From Phaeosaccion multiseriatum (Eukaryota > Protista > Ochrophyta, other classes): DNA of 64,000 nt. This document shows, piece by piece, positions 36,992 to 50,680 of the stretch; the first letter of the stretch is position 1; every line of letters starts with the position of its first letter. The DNA is taken from NCBI GenBank assembly GCA_965112735.1, contig OZ218964.1, forward strand, positions 1,612,001-1,676,000. The letters run 5' to 3'. The translations under genes were made by a program, and so were the position numbers. The notes beneath the pieces were generated by a model, which was not told the origin of the DNA, made no database searches, and saw only the letters and a program-made list of their open reading frames with translations.

Positions 36992-39900
36992 ATGAGGAGC
37001 AGTATTGGGGAGCGATTGGGGAAGCTGCGCAACATTCTAAATGGGGGAGGAGGCGCTCCAGAGGCTACGGAGAAGCTTTGCCAGCTGGCGGCGAGCGGAG
37101 ATGCGCAAGGCATAACCAACCTGCTGGACTCGTTGGGGGAGGAAGAAGCACGCAACGTGATTGTGGCTGCGCAAAGGCCCAAGGACCAGTTCTCTGCCCT
37201 TTGCATCGCGGCCGAGGCAGACAACGCCGACTGTGTGGCTGTGCTCTTGGCTGCTGGCGCTGCTTGCGGCGGGCACCTCGACATTGGGCCGTCTCCCCTC
37301 CTTGTGGCCGTCGAGAAGGGCAGCGTGCACTGTGCGCGACTTCTACTCGATGGAGGTACGTCTTTACTTCGCCCACCTTTGCAAACCAAACTGTTCAGCC
37401 CCTTCCCTCTCAACTCAAAACACTCCCGTCCCCCCCGTCCCTCCCCCATTAGCAGGCGCGAGCCTCAACATCCGCGGCCCTCAGTCAGCGGGCAGCCCCA
37501 CGCTGTTGCATTTGGCCGCATCCAGCGGGAGCGCTGCGGTGGTGCAGCTCCTCTTGGAGGCTCACTTGGAGCACCCTGGGGCTGCAGGACATGCTGACCC
37601 TCGAGCCGTCAACACCGTCACACTGGACACGCCCTTGCACTGTGCCAGCGCCAGAGGAAGCTTAGGTGAGTGAGGAGGAGGCCCGAGGAGGCCCAAGGAG
37701 GCCCACTTGGTTCGCCCCGTCTTGGTCTCGACCTCGCTCATCACATATCCTCCGCCCCCCCCCCCCCGCGTCTTTTCTCTTCTCCAGCCATCGTGGACGC
37801 TCTTATACAAGTCACAGAGGAGGAAGCGGGCAAGCAACTGAAGGACACCGTTGCTCCCGCCTCAGCACCGCACCCGTTGCCTTCGGTCAGGAGCAGCAGC
37901 AGGAGCAGCAGCAGGAGCAGCAGCAGTGGCAACGAAGAGCCAACGAGCTGCTTCCTCAACCTCCGAAACGCCCAGGGCAGCACAGCACTGGCTCTGGCAT
38001 GCTCGAGCGGGCATCACGAGGTGGTTCTTCGACTCTTGGAGGCAGGCGCACATGTGGAGCTCTCAGATAGGCAGCAAAGGACGCCGCTGCTGGTGGGGGC
38101 CTTACACTCCCACGCCCACATCGTTGCCTCGCTTCTTGAGATGGGGGCAGAGTGTGGGGTAGTGGATGTATGGCAGAACAACGCATTGCATCTTGGGGCG
38201 TGTAACCCCGTAGTTGTCGAGCGGTTGCTGCAAGCTGCGGCCGGTCAAGCCAACAAGAAGCGGCAAGTGCCTGGCGGCAGTAGCCGTGAAAAGAGGAGGA
38301 GCAGCGCAGGTCGTGACTCCTTCCTTCATGGACTTGTCAACGGGTGTAATAGATGGGGGAGCTCACCGCTGCATCTTGCTGCGGCGGAGGGCTCGTTGGA
38401 GTCGGTTCGGCTCCTGCTGCGGCGCGGAGCCTCTCCTACGCTTGTCAACAACGCGTGCCTCTCCCCCGGGCGGAGTCCTGTGCTGTTCCATGTGAGCGAG
38501 CAGGCGCAGTCTCAGATCTTCGCGGCGGTACAGGAAGCTGTGCACGGCAGAGCACAACGTTTTGACAAGGGGAGCGGTGCTGTTGCCCGTCGGGGAACCT
38601 CTCCTGGGCCCATGGAGCAATTCGAGCGGGCAAAGCAGTGGGGGGGGCATCTTGCGAGCACAATCCGACGAGCGCTGCAGCCTCTGGAGGAGTGCGTCTC
38701 GCTTCTGCAGGTACTCGAAGGAGGGGAGCAAGGAGAGGGGAGGCGCGCAGAGCTGGGTGACGGCACAGCAGAAGAAGGAGAACGGGGAGGAGACCAAGGA
38801 GGAGGAGGAGGAGGAGGAGGAGGAGGAGGAGGAGGAGGAGGAGGAGGAGGAGGAGACAAGAGGCTCTCGTCGGGCGCGGCCAAGACAGCGTCGCTGGTGA
38901 GGCGTTTGCGCGACATGAATGCTGAAATCCTGCGCAAGGTTTGCGAGGGGAAGAAGGACTTGGACGGCCACGACAATCTCCTGCTCCCTGACTCCCCTCG
39001 ACGCACTGAGACGTCTGTACTGGTGGAGGAAGAGCAAGGCCAGAGACTTTCGCCTATTGTCTCAGACGACATGGCGGCATCTGTCGTCGTTGCGCCGTTC
39101 TCGGCGGCAGTGGCGAAGGACGTCCAAGAGCGGGTAGGGCGAAGAGGGCAGCTGGCGACGACCGTAGCAGCAGTGCTGAAGGAGAACATGCGAGCACGGC
39201 AGGACATGGTTCAGCGCATTGGGGCTCTGCGAGAGAGAATGGTGCGCTTCTTTGGGGCCACCGGTTGGAGGAAGTGTGTGAGTTTGCCACCTGAGGAGGC
39301 TGAGGAGGAGGACCACCACATGCAGCACTTGGCGGGAGGGGAAGGAGGGGGTTACGGCACGGGTGGGAGAAGTAGAGGTGGTGGAGATGCACCAGACTCG
39401 AGTGGGGGAGGAGACGGAGGGGGGTCAGAAGCTTACGAAAAGAGGAGGAGGAGGAGGAAGACGGGAGGAAGGAGCGAGTTTAGCCTGGAGGGAACCGATG
39501 TAAAGGGAGGAGCGGTTGCCGGGGGGGGTGGGTTCGTGCGAGCGCGGCGGCTGAGCTTCAGAGGACTTGGTTCCGGTGTCAGTGTCACAAATGGTACTGG
39601 TACTAGCGCGGCGGAGGCGGGAGCTGCTGGAGGGGGAGGAGGAGGAGGAGGAGGAGGAGGAGGAGGAGGAGGAGGAGGAGGAGTGGAAAATGATGACAGC
39701 GGGGAAGGTAAAGGAGACGACGCTAATGGCGATGAGAGGGGCGACGTTGCTTCGTGGACCGCCGCGGAGGGGAATACGCATGAGAGAGTGGACGCACAAC
39801 TGCACAAGTGTGTCACTGACTTACTTGCGGCCTTGGAGGTGGCGGACAGAAACAGGGTGCTACAGCCGCTGGCGGAGCTGAGAGAGAGCGTGAAGGGTAC

Positions 39901-42900
39901 TCTCATTGACCTCATGGACATTGAAACGTCCTTTCCCAGCGACGAGACGGACGACGAGACGGACGACGACGAGGAGGAAGGGGGGGGGGAGGGTGGGGAA
40001 GACGGTTACAAGGAGGGCGACGAGGGCCGAGGGGGTGGCAATGGCGTCGAGAGAGCGAGGAAGAGTGGCCATGGGGGTGGTGGTGGTGGTGGTGATAATG
40101 ATGATGATGATCAGGAAGGGGAGAGCAGCACCAACGGCAAGAGCCGCGGGCCCGTCTACCCTCTGGGCGAGCACAACAACTCCTTGCGCGAGCTGGACAG
40201 ACAAATCTCCTCTGTGCTGAGGCGCCTCGCTGTCGGGCCCAAGTCTCTCATGCACGTGTACTCAGAGTCGCTTCCCCAGCAGGCGCTGCAACAGCTCAGC
40301 GATGTGGCCAAGGCCGAGGGAAAGGCGGCGGGGGCGCTGCAGGTGGCTTGCTCGCTGGGCGAAAGGCTGCTGTACGAGCTCGACACGTGGAGGAGCAAGT
40401 GCTCCAGCGAAGGTGAGGTCTGCGATATGGGGTGCTTCTCGACAGGGGCTTTCTCTCTCTCTCTCTCGTATGCTCTCCCTCTCGCATCCTCTCCCTCTCC
40501 AGCGTGCTCTCCCGCCCTCTCTCTCCCTCTCTCTCTCTAGCGTGCTCCCTCTCCCTCTCTCTCTCCCTCTCTCTCTCCCTCTCCCTCTGTAGCGTGCTCG
40601 CCCGCCCCCCCTCTTCCTCTCTCCCTCCCCCTCTTCCTCCCTCTCTCCCTCCCTCTCCCTCTCTCTCTCGCTCACGCTCTTCTGGGTGTCTCACAGTGCC
40701 CAAATGCGGTGATTGGTGCAAGGCGCAAAGATGGACGTTACAAACGAGTGGCTAGGGGCTCGGGGGTTGCCGCTTTTCGTTTCTTCCCCGGCGCCCCTCC
40801 TCCCCTTCTCTTTCTCTCTCACAGAAACGCACACACACCCTGCCCCCCACCGCTTCTTACACACACACCCATGCACACATCTACCTATACACATGACCAC
40901 AGGCCGTGCAATGGAGCAGCAGCTGAGCTGGGTAAGCAAGCTCCTCCCCGGTGCGCAGCACAGCGCCCCCGCTGAAGATGCAAGGCGCCGCAGAGCCTTA
41001 CTCGCCCACCTAAGAGCACGGCGGTTGGATGAGGCGGACACTCTGGAGGAGCTCACGAGCAAGCTGAGGAGGAGGAGGAGGCAAGGGGCAGGGAAGGAGG
41101 AGGTGGCGGAGCTTGATGCTGGTGTGGCGAGGAGCAGGGGCAGGTTGACTGGTAAGTGGGTGTGTTGGTGTGTGTGGGTGTGGGTGTGGGTGTGGGTGTG
41201 GGTGGGTGTATGTGTGGGTGGGTGGGTGGGTGCGGGTGTGGATCGGGAAAGTGGGGTTGGGTGCGGGGGTGGGCGTGTGTCCGGGCCTCTCGATGTATGG
41301 ATGTATCCAATGGTTATATGCAATGGGTATGCGATGGAATGTCCGGCGGACCCTTTCCCACCCTTTGTCTTGCTTTGCATATCCTTTGCTCCTTCCCCAC
41401 CCCCTGCCCCTCCCCCTCCCCTTCCCTCTCCTTCTGAACGTTGTGCGCCATGTCGGGTGTGAGGGTTGTTAGAGGCGCGACATGAAGTAGAGAACACGCA
41501 GAGCCCCCTGACCCATGCAATGGACGCAATGGAGGCTCTCAACACATGGCCCGAAGTGCTTCTCGTTGGGCCTTCCTCACTTGAGGCGCATCTGTTGCCA
41601 GTGCTGCGCAAAGCTCCATCAGGAGGAGGAGGAGGAGGAGGTCTGGCGTTGAGGGACTGGGACGAGTACGTGCTTGTCGACGGAGGGGCGACGGGGGAGG
41701 GCGTGTTGAGCGCAGTAGCAGGACGAGGAGGAGGAGGAGCGGGGGGGGGGGAGGGAGGAGGGAGGGACAATGGGGGGTGGGGAGGGTTGGGTTCAGGGTG
41801 CTTACTGGCGCGGCGTGGTGGAGAAATGGTCCTCCTTCGCTGCTGCTCTTCCGTGCCGCAGAGGACCTCTACCTCCCACAAGGTGGGGGGTGGGGGAGCT
41901 GTCGTACAAGGAGAAGCAGGAGGAGGGGGAGGAGGGGGAAGCTTCACTGAGCAGAGGCAATGGGTGCAGCGCGAACTGATGCCAAGCCTCAAACTCCAAC
42001 GCTTCGAGTCCGTGTTGCAAGTCACTGCAGTCGTCACCTCTTCTTCTCCCCTGCCCCTCTCCTCCAACGGAGTAGCAGCCCCGATGGGTCAGGGTCAGGG
42101 TCAGGGTCAGGGTCAGGGTCAGGCTCAAGACCAGAGTCAGGGTCAGGTTCAGAGTCAGGGTCAGGGCCAGGGTCAGGGTCAGGGTCAGAGTCAAGGTCAG
42201 CTATGGATGGAGATGCGGCTCGGCGGTGCATGTGGGAGCGCGTGCACGGGGGAGGTTTGGCTGGAAGACTCGAGCTCGAGCTCCTCCTCCTGTTCCTCCT
42301 CCTGTTCCGCCTCCTCCTCCTCCTCCTCCTGCTCCCTCTCCCTCAGCGGCCCTCCTACCCCCCTCGAGGCGTGGCTGGTGTTCGTGCAGCTGCTGCAGGC
42401 ATTGGTGCACTTGCACGAGAGTGGCGTCAGTCACGGAGCCGTCTGCTTGCAGGTGGGGACATTCGGCTTGGTTGGAGGCGGCGGGGTCTGGTCGGGCTGT
42501 CTCTTGGTTTATTATTTGGAGGAGGAGTGGGCGAGGTGGAGGGGTCTTTTTCTCTCTCCCTCTCTCCATTGCCTAGCTTGGCTTTGCTTTGCATTGCTCA
42601 CCCTGTTCCTCGCCCTCCAACTCACCTCCCTCGGCTGATGGAAACGAAGCCAGCAAACGCCCCCGTGGACGGACTCTTTTCGTCTCTAACCGACTGATGG
42701 ACTGATCGACTGATCGACCAAGCGCCCCCCGCCCTTCCCGCCCTCTCCATCCATACATGCCCCATTAATTTTGTATTATATTCTTTCTCCCTTTTCTTTG
42801 CCCGCTCACCCTCCCGGCCCGCCCCTCCGGCAGAACTGTGTGGTCGTGAGGGCCGTGGCCACAGGTCAAGCCGACGGGGTGCACAAGGCGAGGAGGAAGA

Positions 42901-44086
42901 GCGACCATGCCTTACGTGCCTACCTCAGTGGTCTGGGCCCGTGCCGCCTGCTGGGGGCCGCTCCGTTAGAGTATGTTGCTCCTGAGCTCCTTCAGGGAGG
43001 AGGAGGAGGAAGAGGAGGAGGAGGAGGAGGAGGAGGAGGAGCGGGGTCTCCTGCCGCCGACATGTACGCGATGGGCATTCTCCTCACCACGGCCATGATG
43101 AAGCTCACGGCGGCCCAATTGAAGCAGGAGCAACAACACGAACAACAGTTGGTGATGCAACAACAGCAGCAGCAGGGGGCAGCAGCAGCAAGGACAACGG
43201 CGGTGGCGGCGCAGACCCCCCACCAGCGCGCTCTGTCTCGCCTTGCCGGAGAGCTGTGCCATAAGGACCCTCTGCAGCGCCCCTCCGCCGCAAAGGCCCT
43301 CTCGTCCGAGTTCTTTCGAGTGCCTCCTCGGAGCCCCCCCCCCCGCCGCCGCCGCTTCTCTGCCTCTGCCTCTGTCTCTACCTCTACCCCTTCTCCTGCC
43401 TCTGCCCTGCTTGGCGAAGATGGTGGTGCTTCTGCTGCTGCTTCTGCTGTAAGCAGTGCGGAGGATCTCTTCCCGCATCCTCCTCCTCCTCCTCAGCAGC
43501 AGCAGCAGGAGGAGGGGGGTGAGGAAGAGGAGGAGTTGTTTCCTGTAGCGTGGAAAACAGAGGAAGGGCTTGGAACGACGCTGATTCGAAATGTCAGTCT
43601 CATGTTGGGGAAAGACACCACCGACATGCCCGCGCAGCTCCTCTCTCTGGCGGCTGGGACGGGAGGAGGCGGAGGGGGTGACAATGGGCACGACAGTAGT
43701 AGCCAAGGAAGCAGCAGCAGCGGCAGGGGCAGCGACAGCTTGAAGCTGACCCGAATGCTACAGCCGCCATCGGATTGGTGGAGGGGGGCGCTGCTGATTC
43801 CCCTCTCTCCTGACGCCCCAGAGTTTGGCTTTGTGACGTCCCAGCTCCTCGGCAACAGCAGCAGTCATATGGGCTGCAGCAGCAGCAGTCCTATGGGCAG
43901 CAGCAGCAGCAGCACTAGCATGGCGGATTTCCGCATCGTGTCCATCTTTCGAGTGCAAGACAAGGGCAGGTGGCTTCAGTTCTTGCGCACTAAACAGGGC
44001 ATCAGGGAGTCGAATGCGGGACGGGGGGCGAACGAGAGGCTGCTGTGGGTGGGCCCCAACTCGACAAGCAGCCTCATGGGTACCAC

Positions 44087-44128
<42 letters not shown>

Positions 44129-44526
44129 CAGGAGCAGCAGTGCCTACGGTGGGCTGCTGGGAGGAGATAGTATGCGCTACCCGGCCCCGTGCGTTGACGG
44201 TCGAGGCTTCGACGGTGTGGCGTGCTTGGAGGATGCCAAGGTGGTGTGTGAACACCTTGATTGGGGCGGTGATGATGCAGATGGCAGCAGAGGAGGAGGA
44301 GGAGTGAGCAGAATCGCTGTATTGGCATACGTGGCACTCGGCCGATGCGAAGGGAAGGAAGAGGTGGGACAGGAGGAAAGCTTTGGGGGTGACAGAGCAG
44401 CGCCGAGCGAATGCGCCCTTCGTGTGCCAGAGGACCCGTTCGGAGGACAGGACCTTACAGCCATGACAGGAGGGGGGGGCGGGAGTAAGGCCAACAGCAG
44501 CACCACAACCACCACCACCACTATCG

Positions 44527-44557
<31 letters not shown>

Positions 44558-44786
44558 AGGTGGTTTGGTGAAGCGGCAACTCTTCCACAGTCAGTTTCTA
44601 CCTTTCTGGCCCACAAGTATCGCAGCAGCAATTGGTGACACAGCAGCGGCAGCGGCGGCAGCAGCAGCAGCAGCAGCACGAGGAGGAGGAAGAGCCGCGC
44701 GGCTGCAGGGGTACTACCGAGTGAACCCTCGGCAGGTCTGTCCCTACATCGTGGTCGAGTATCAGAGAGATGTGGTAGAGGTGTAG
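36992..44786 (+). CDS. Ankyrin repeats + helical/coiled-coil region + pseudokinase + degenerate PARP-like (ART-fold) domain; ~6 exons (36992-37355, 37456-37665, 37788-40412, 40903-41151, ~41470-42452, 42834-44786)
   Basis: About 8 ANK repeats (SALCIAA, SPLLVAV, TLLHLAA, TPLHCAS, TALALAC, TPLLVGA, NALHLGA, SPLHLAA). Kinase C-lobe QLLQALVHLHESGVSHGAVCLQN..YLSGLG..YVAPELL..ADMYAMG..DPLQRPSA. PARP-like FRIVSIFRVQD..W..F..NERLLWVG..VLAYVALG..QVCPYIVVEY. Confidence 0.75.
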
Positions 44787-45128
44787 GTGGGGGCAGGCGA
44801 GGGGGGGAGTCAACAAATATACACACACACTCCACGCCTTGGGTCTCTTGGAACAAGCGGTTTGTGTCATACAACACTGCCAAGAAAAAGGATGGATGAA
44901 TTTTTCCTTTCGTAATCTTACGTAATCGTACAACTCTTTCTTGAAGTGTTGCACGAAACGAATCGCTGTTCCAAGAGGCCCAGCAGGGCGTGGAATGTGT
45001 CTGTCCACGATTTCCTCACCACCCCCCCCCCCCCCTTCCAGCTCCCAACTAATATGCCTGGCGGGGCCATAGGCCGCTGGCCAATCCGAGGAAGAGTGAG
45101 TACGCCGGATGAGAGGCCCTTGTGATGT

Positions 45129-45160
<32 letters not shown>

Positions 45161-45168
45161 CTGTTGCT

Positions 45169-45199
<31 letters not shown>

Positions 45200-45225
45200 A
45201 CACACGCGCCAACCACACGCCGCCT

Positions 45226-45390
45226 CTCTGTCTGTCTGTCTGTCTGTCATGTCTGTCCGTCTGTCTGTCTGTCTGTCTATCTGTCTGTCTGTCTATCTGT
45301 CTGTCTGTCTGTCTATCTGTCTGTCTGTCTGTCTGTCTGTCTTTCTGTCTGTCATGTCTGTCCGTCTGTCTGTCCGTCTGTCTCTCTGCC
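45226..45390. repeat. (TCTG)n tetranucleotide microsatellite between the convergent gene ends
   Basis: Direct inspection. Confidence 0.9.
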
Positions 45391-45404
45391 TGCCCATAAA
45401 AACA

Positions 45405-45776
45405 TTAAGAACATACAGCATAGCAGTCCTTCTCCCACTCTTCCACCGCTGCCGTCTGCGGGTGGAAGCTGCCCGTCAGAAGGGCGCCCTCCCCCTGCCC
45501 CCCCGGGTTGTCAAGGCGCCACATGTTCTCCTTGCCCACATGCTTCATGTGCATGAGCTCCAATCCGACGTCGTCGTCGAACTCTGTGTGGTCCTCCTCC
45601 CCCGTGTTGATGGCCGTGTCCAGCACGACCTTGTCAGAAAGGGATGGGAAGGGGTGAGATGGAGTGTGGGGAATGGGTTGGGTTGGGTTACAATGAAGTG
45701 ATAGAGGAATGGGAGGGTTGGGATGTATGTGGGTGTAAGGGGTCCTAGGTATGGGGGAGGGACAGGAGGGAAGGCG

Positions 45777-45825
<49 letters not shown>

Positions 45826-46194
45826 CCACAACAACAACAAGAAGCTGTCTCGGTTCGGTCTTTGACATGTACCTGTATATCGGTACCCATGGCAAACGGC
45901 ACCACCTCCCATCTGGGTGGACGGCGGCAATCGATTCTGTGGTTTGGTGGGTGCGGTGTGATATGATGTGGTGTGGCGTGGAGTGATGTACAAGACGCAA
46001 CAGGGAGGCAAAGTGAGGCAAACCTGAGCAGAGGGGTGGGGCAGCACAGCACTGCACAGCAACCACCACCGCGAGAAGCAACAAGCAAGAGCCAAATTAA
46101 AAAGTACACCGTTACCGGCCCTCACTCTCTCCCTCTTGTCTCTCTTTCATCTCTCTTTTAATTATGTATAATATCTATATATATATATATATAT

Positions 46195-46225
<31 letters not shown>

Positions 46226-49200
46226 CTCTCTCTTCCTCTCTCTCCCCCCCTCCGTGCGTGCCTCTCATCTCCTCCCCCCTGCCCCGCCTAAGGGCACCAA
46301 CCTGTAGTACCAGTTGTTCACCCTGAACTCATTCGCACGGATGTGCGCCTGTGTGCGCTCGCGGCTCTGCGTGTCAAATGCCAAATGTCAAGTATCAAAT
46401 GTCAAGTATCAACTAGATCAAGGAAGGCAAGCAACAAACCGGACATCAGGCTTAAACTCTCACTCCACTCCTCTCCTCTCTTCAACTCACCCAAGTGGGT
46501 CCATACGGGATGAAGAATGAAGCATAGTCGCTGTCCTTTGCTGTCTGCCGGTGCACGTGCTCCTGCTCGGTCGTGTGGGACAGTAGCCCACTGTACACGA
46601 GTATGTCTGAAAAGAGGCCCCTGTTCTCTCCCCATGACAGGGTCAAGTGGTACTTTCGGAAGTTGGCATCCCAGGCCACCAGCCTTGCCAACCCGTCGTA
46701 CTGCGGAGGCACGGCACAGCACAGCACAGCACAGCAGAAGGGAGTAGAGTAGAGTATAGGGGGTGAGAGGTGGAGGATAAAGGGACGGCCAGCAGCATGA
46801 TGAGGGGGGGAGGGGGGGGGAGGAGGGGACTGTACACTGTGCGCAGAGCAGCACAGCCCTGGTCGATAGGGCAGGGGAGAGGAGAGGAGGGGAGGGGAGG
46901 GAAGGGGAGGGGAGGGGCGGGGAGGGAATAGGAGCAGGAGAGGAGCGGACTAGGAGAGTGAAGCGGAGGACTCAGGAGGGCTGGGGAGGGACTGGGAGGG
47001 CCACTCCTACCTCCTCCCTCCCCCTTCCTCCTGAGTCCTCCTTCCTTCCTCCCTCCCCCTTCCTCCCTCCTCCTCCCTCCTTCCTCCTCTCACCTCCCTC
47101 CCCCTTCCTCCCTCCCCCCTCCTCGCTCCCGCTTCCTCCCTCCTCCATCCTCTCTCCCCCCTTCTCCCTCCTACCGTACCTGGAAATGCCCTGTGGAGGA
47201 CTTGAGCGAGAGCAGGGTCGGGTTGATGCGAGCCCTGTCCAGGCCGGGAACCATCACTGATGAGAGCCAAGGGAGGAAGAGATCAGAGAGCAAACCACAC
47301 ACACAGCAAAGGTTTGTTGGGCACGGGAGATATGCAGCGGAACGCATCGGAGAAGGGGTGAGATGAAACAAGCATATGAAAAGAGAACAGAAGATCAAAC
47401 ACGCATGAGAAGAAAACAGATCAAACAAGCAAGAGACGGAGTGAGGAGGGGGAACGAGAGGTGTACAAAAGCAGAGGGAAAGGACATAAGGACGGGTTTA
47501 AGTGGCAGCAATAGCAGCAGCAGCAACAACAGCAGCAACAGCAGCAGCAGCAGTTGGTGATACTGCACCAGGTGGGGTAGAAGGTGAGATGTACGCCACG
47601 CATGCACACACACGTACACACACACACGCACACACACGCACACACGCATGGACGCACCGCTGTATCCTCTCCTTGTGTACTTGAAGAGCCTGGACACGTA
47701 GGTGGGGGACCGGTACGACAGATCCACCATGTTGTATTGCCGACAGATGGCTCGGCAGGCCCTGTGTGTACAGCAAAGCACAGCGGGGGAACGCACGGCA
47801 ACAAGGCCGGCCAAGGTAAGGCAGTGAAAAGCAGGGCGAGGAGGGTGGGGTGGAGAGACTGGAAGCAACACGGAGGAGTCAGAGAACATAGAGGCTCGTT
47901 GTGTAAGGTGTAAGGTACGACATATGGTGGAGGGGAGTGAGTGGGAGAGAGAGAGAGTGGGACGGGCAGAGAGAGGGAGAGGGGACACAGATGTTCAGCA
48001 AGAGAGAGACCAGAGAGACATAGAGAAGGAGAGAGTGAACGGGACAGAAAGTCGCAGGATAAGAGAGAGAGAGAGAGAGATTTCCTCCTCCTCCTGCTGC
48101 GGCTGATGCTGCTTCTCTTCCTCCACCTCCTCCTCTCCTCCTCCTCCTCCTGCTGCTGCTGCTCTTTCTCCTCTTCCTCCTCGTCCTTCTCCTCCTCTGC
48201 CTCTTCCTCCCCGTCCTCCTCCTCCTCCTCCTCCTTCTGCTGCTGCTGCTGCTGCTAACCTGTTGGTTGCCCACACCGTGACTCCATCAAAGGCCACAGA
48301 GCACGAGTCCACATCGAAGCCGTGAATCACCTCCGCCAAGGTCTTGTACAGACGCTGAGTATAGGCATATGGAGAGAGGGAGAGACGGAGGGTGAGAGAG
48401 AGGGAGGGGGGGAGGGGGGCAGGGAGGGTGAGAAGCACACGTTGCACACATGCCGCACTGCCCCACTGCGCGAGCACTTGAGGCAGCAAATCAGATGACC
48501 GACCGATCGCTCTGTGTGAGGAGGGGATGCGAGTCGAGTCGAGAAGCGACAAGAAGACAAGAAGCAGCAGCCACGGGAGAGGTGGGAGAGGTGGGGAGGC
48601 GGGGAGACGGGAGGGACAGGCCGGGGGGAGAAGATCGGACAGCCGTACAATAGCAGCAGCCACAACGTACTAAGAGTATGTCCGCGCGTGCGTACGTATA
48701 CATACATACGCACTTACGTACTTACCAGAACAATCTGCAGCTTCCTCTTGGGGTACTCGGAGCAGAGAGTGATGGTGTTGAGCATCTTCACTGCGAAGAC
48801 TCGTGGGTTGGCCTTGCGGACCGCTTTGTAGATCTCGGCCACTGGAGGCAGAGTGGGTGGAGGGTAGGGAGGGAGGGTGGGAAGGTGAGTGGGAGAGAGG
48901 GAGAGAGCGAGGGAGGGAGGGAGGGAGGGAGGGGGGGGAGCGGCGGGCAGAGTTGGTGGAGGCGGCGAAGGATTCAAAGGAGGAGGAAGAGGACGAAGAG
49001 GAGGGTGCTGCTGCTGCTGCGGGGTGCGGAGGGGAGAGGACAGAGGATACGTGCATGCGAAGACTACTCAATGCCACTGCCACCAGTGCTTCGGCACCTC
49101 GGGCGCTTCGGCTTACCTTTCGCATTGGCTTGCTCAGGTGTGAGCCCTGCAGGCCATCGGGCGAGGGAGGGGGGGGGGGGAGGAAGACAAGTATTTGGAG

Positions 49201-50272
49201 TATTTGGAGGAGGACAGGGTCAGGTCAGGTCAGCAGCGCCTCCTCTCTGCGTTTCCCTCTCTTTCCATCTGTCGCACGTTCCACTCTTCCAACCCCCCGA
49301 GGACACAAAACAAGGCACAGTGAAGCTCGGTATGAAGAGCCATGAAGTGCCATTATGTACGCTAAGCTAAGCACACCCCCCCTTCCCATCTCGTTTCTTG
49401 CACCACTTGCTCGCCTCCTCATCCTGGTTCTCACCCTGGCCCTCACCCTTGCAGCTTTTCCCCTCACTCTCACCTTGACCCTCTCACCCTCACCCTCACC
49501 TTTACCTGCACCCTCACCCTCACCCTCACCACCACCCTGACCCTGACCCTTGCCCCTTACCACACTCATCTTACCGTAGATAAAGATGTCCACGTCCTTT
49601 TGGAAGGCCGCAATAAGGGGTTAGGGCATAGCCATGGCAGTAACCATGGCACAGCCAAGCCAATGGGGTACAGCCACCAAGTCAAGCATTGACATTGTTC
49701 GTTGGAGGGCGGGCCAAAAGCATTGGAAAGGAATGTCGCCATGCGTTAAAGTACAGACGAGTGTTGGAAGGGGAAGAGTCGCAAATAGGGCTATGGAGGC
49801 AGAGCCCCCCCGGTCTTCCGTCAATCATCAATCCCTCCCCTCTCCCTGTGGGCCCCAAGTAACAGGCCTACAAAGGATATATACTCAAAGTCTTTGTTCG
49901 ATATCTAACTGTATGACACACTTACATTGCCCCGGTAGGCGTGGTTATGGTAGTATGCCCGGAGGTTGCCCAGCGGAGGAGGAGTGAGGCAGGCAAGCAC
50001 CGCCCCGCCCGCCACAACGACATTGTTCCAATCTACATGGACAAGTTGGTCCTCCGTGAAAGTCCTGAACTGTGAGATGAAATCCTCTCGACCCACCGCA
50101 GCAGGGCCCTTGGTGTGCCTCTCGCGATGGCAGTCGAAGAGCAGGGGGTGCTCTTCCTCGGAGGCATCGAGGCCGCTGTATTGGAACAAGTGGGCGTTTT
50201 CGAGCACATCGACGCATCCGAGTGTGGGGTCGAACAGGGCCCTCGGAATGCTGTGGAATGGGAGGAAGGTAA

Positions 50273-50325
<53 letters not shown>

Positions 50326-50641
50326 GGAGGAGGAGGAGGAGGAATAGGAGGAGAAGGGAGGTGGAGGGGACGAGTCAGGTCAGGTGTGAGAGGTGAGGGG
50401 TGAAGCGGTGCAACAGCTCTCTTGCCACCCAAGTACTCACGCACACACTTACACACTCACGCACACACTCACACACTCACGCACACATGCACTCACCCCT
50501 GGGCCGCAGACGCGTCTTCTCCTTCCTTACGTATGGCCTTGAGCGCTTCGAGGAAGCCCTCCGTGCTCTGATAGGCGAACATGGCGCGGTACTGCCGAGC
50601 CTTCCTGGCCCAGTTGTCGTTGATCTCCTGCGTGTGTGTGC

Positions 50642-50680
<39 letters not shown>

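Noticed and set aside
36992-44786. Calling the ANK-PARP gene tankyrase
   Set aside because: No SAM domain, few ankyrin repeats, an intervening kinase fold and a degenerate catalytic triad.
49430-49630. Interstitial telomere or telomerase template
   Set aside because: The repeats are CCCTCA/CCCTGA variants in an intron, with only one isolated GGGTTAGGG.
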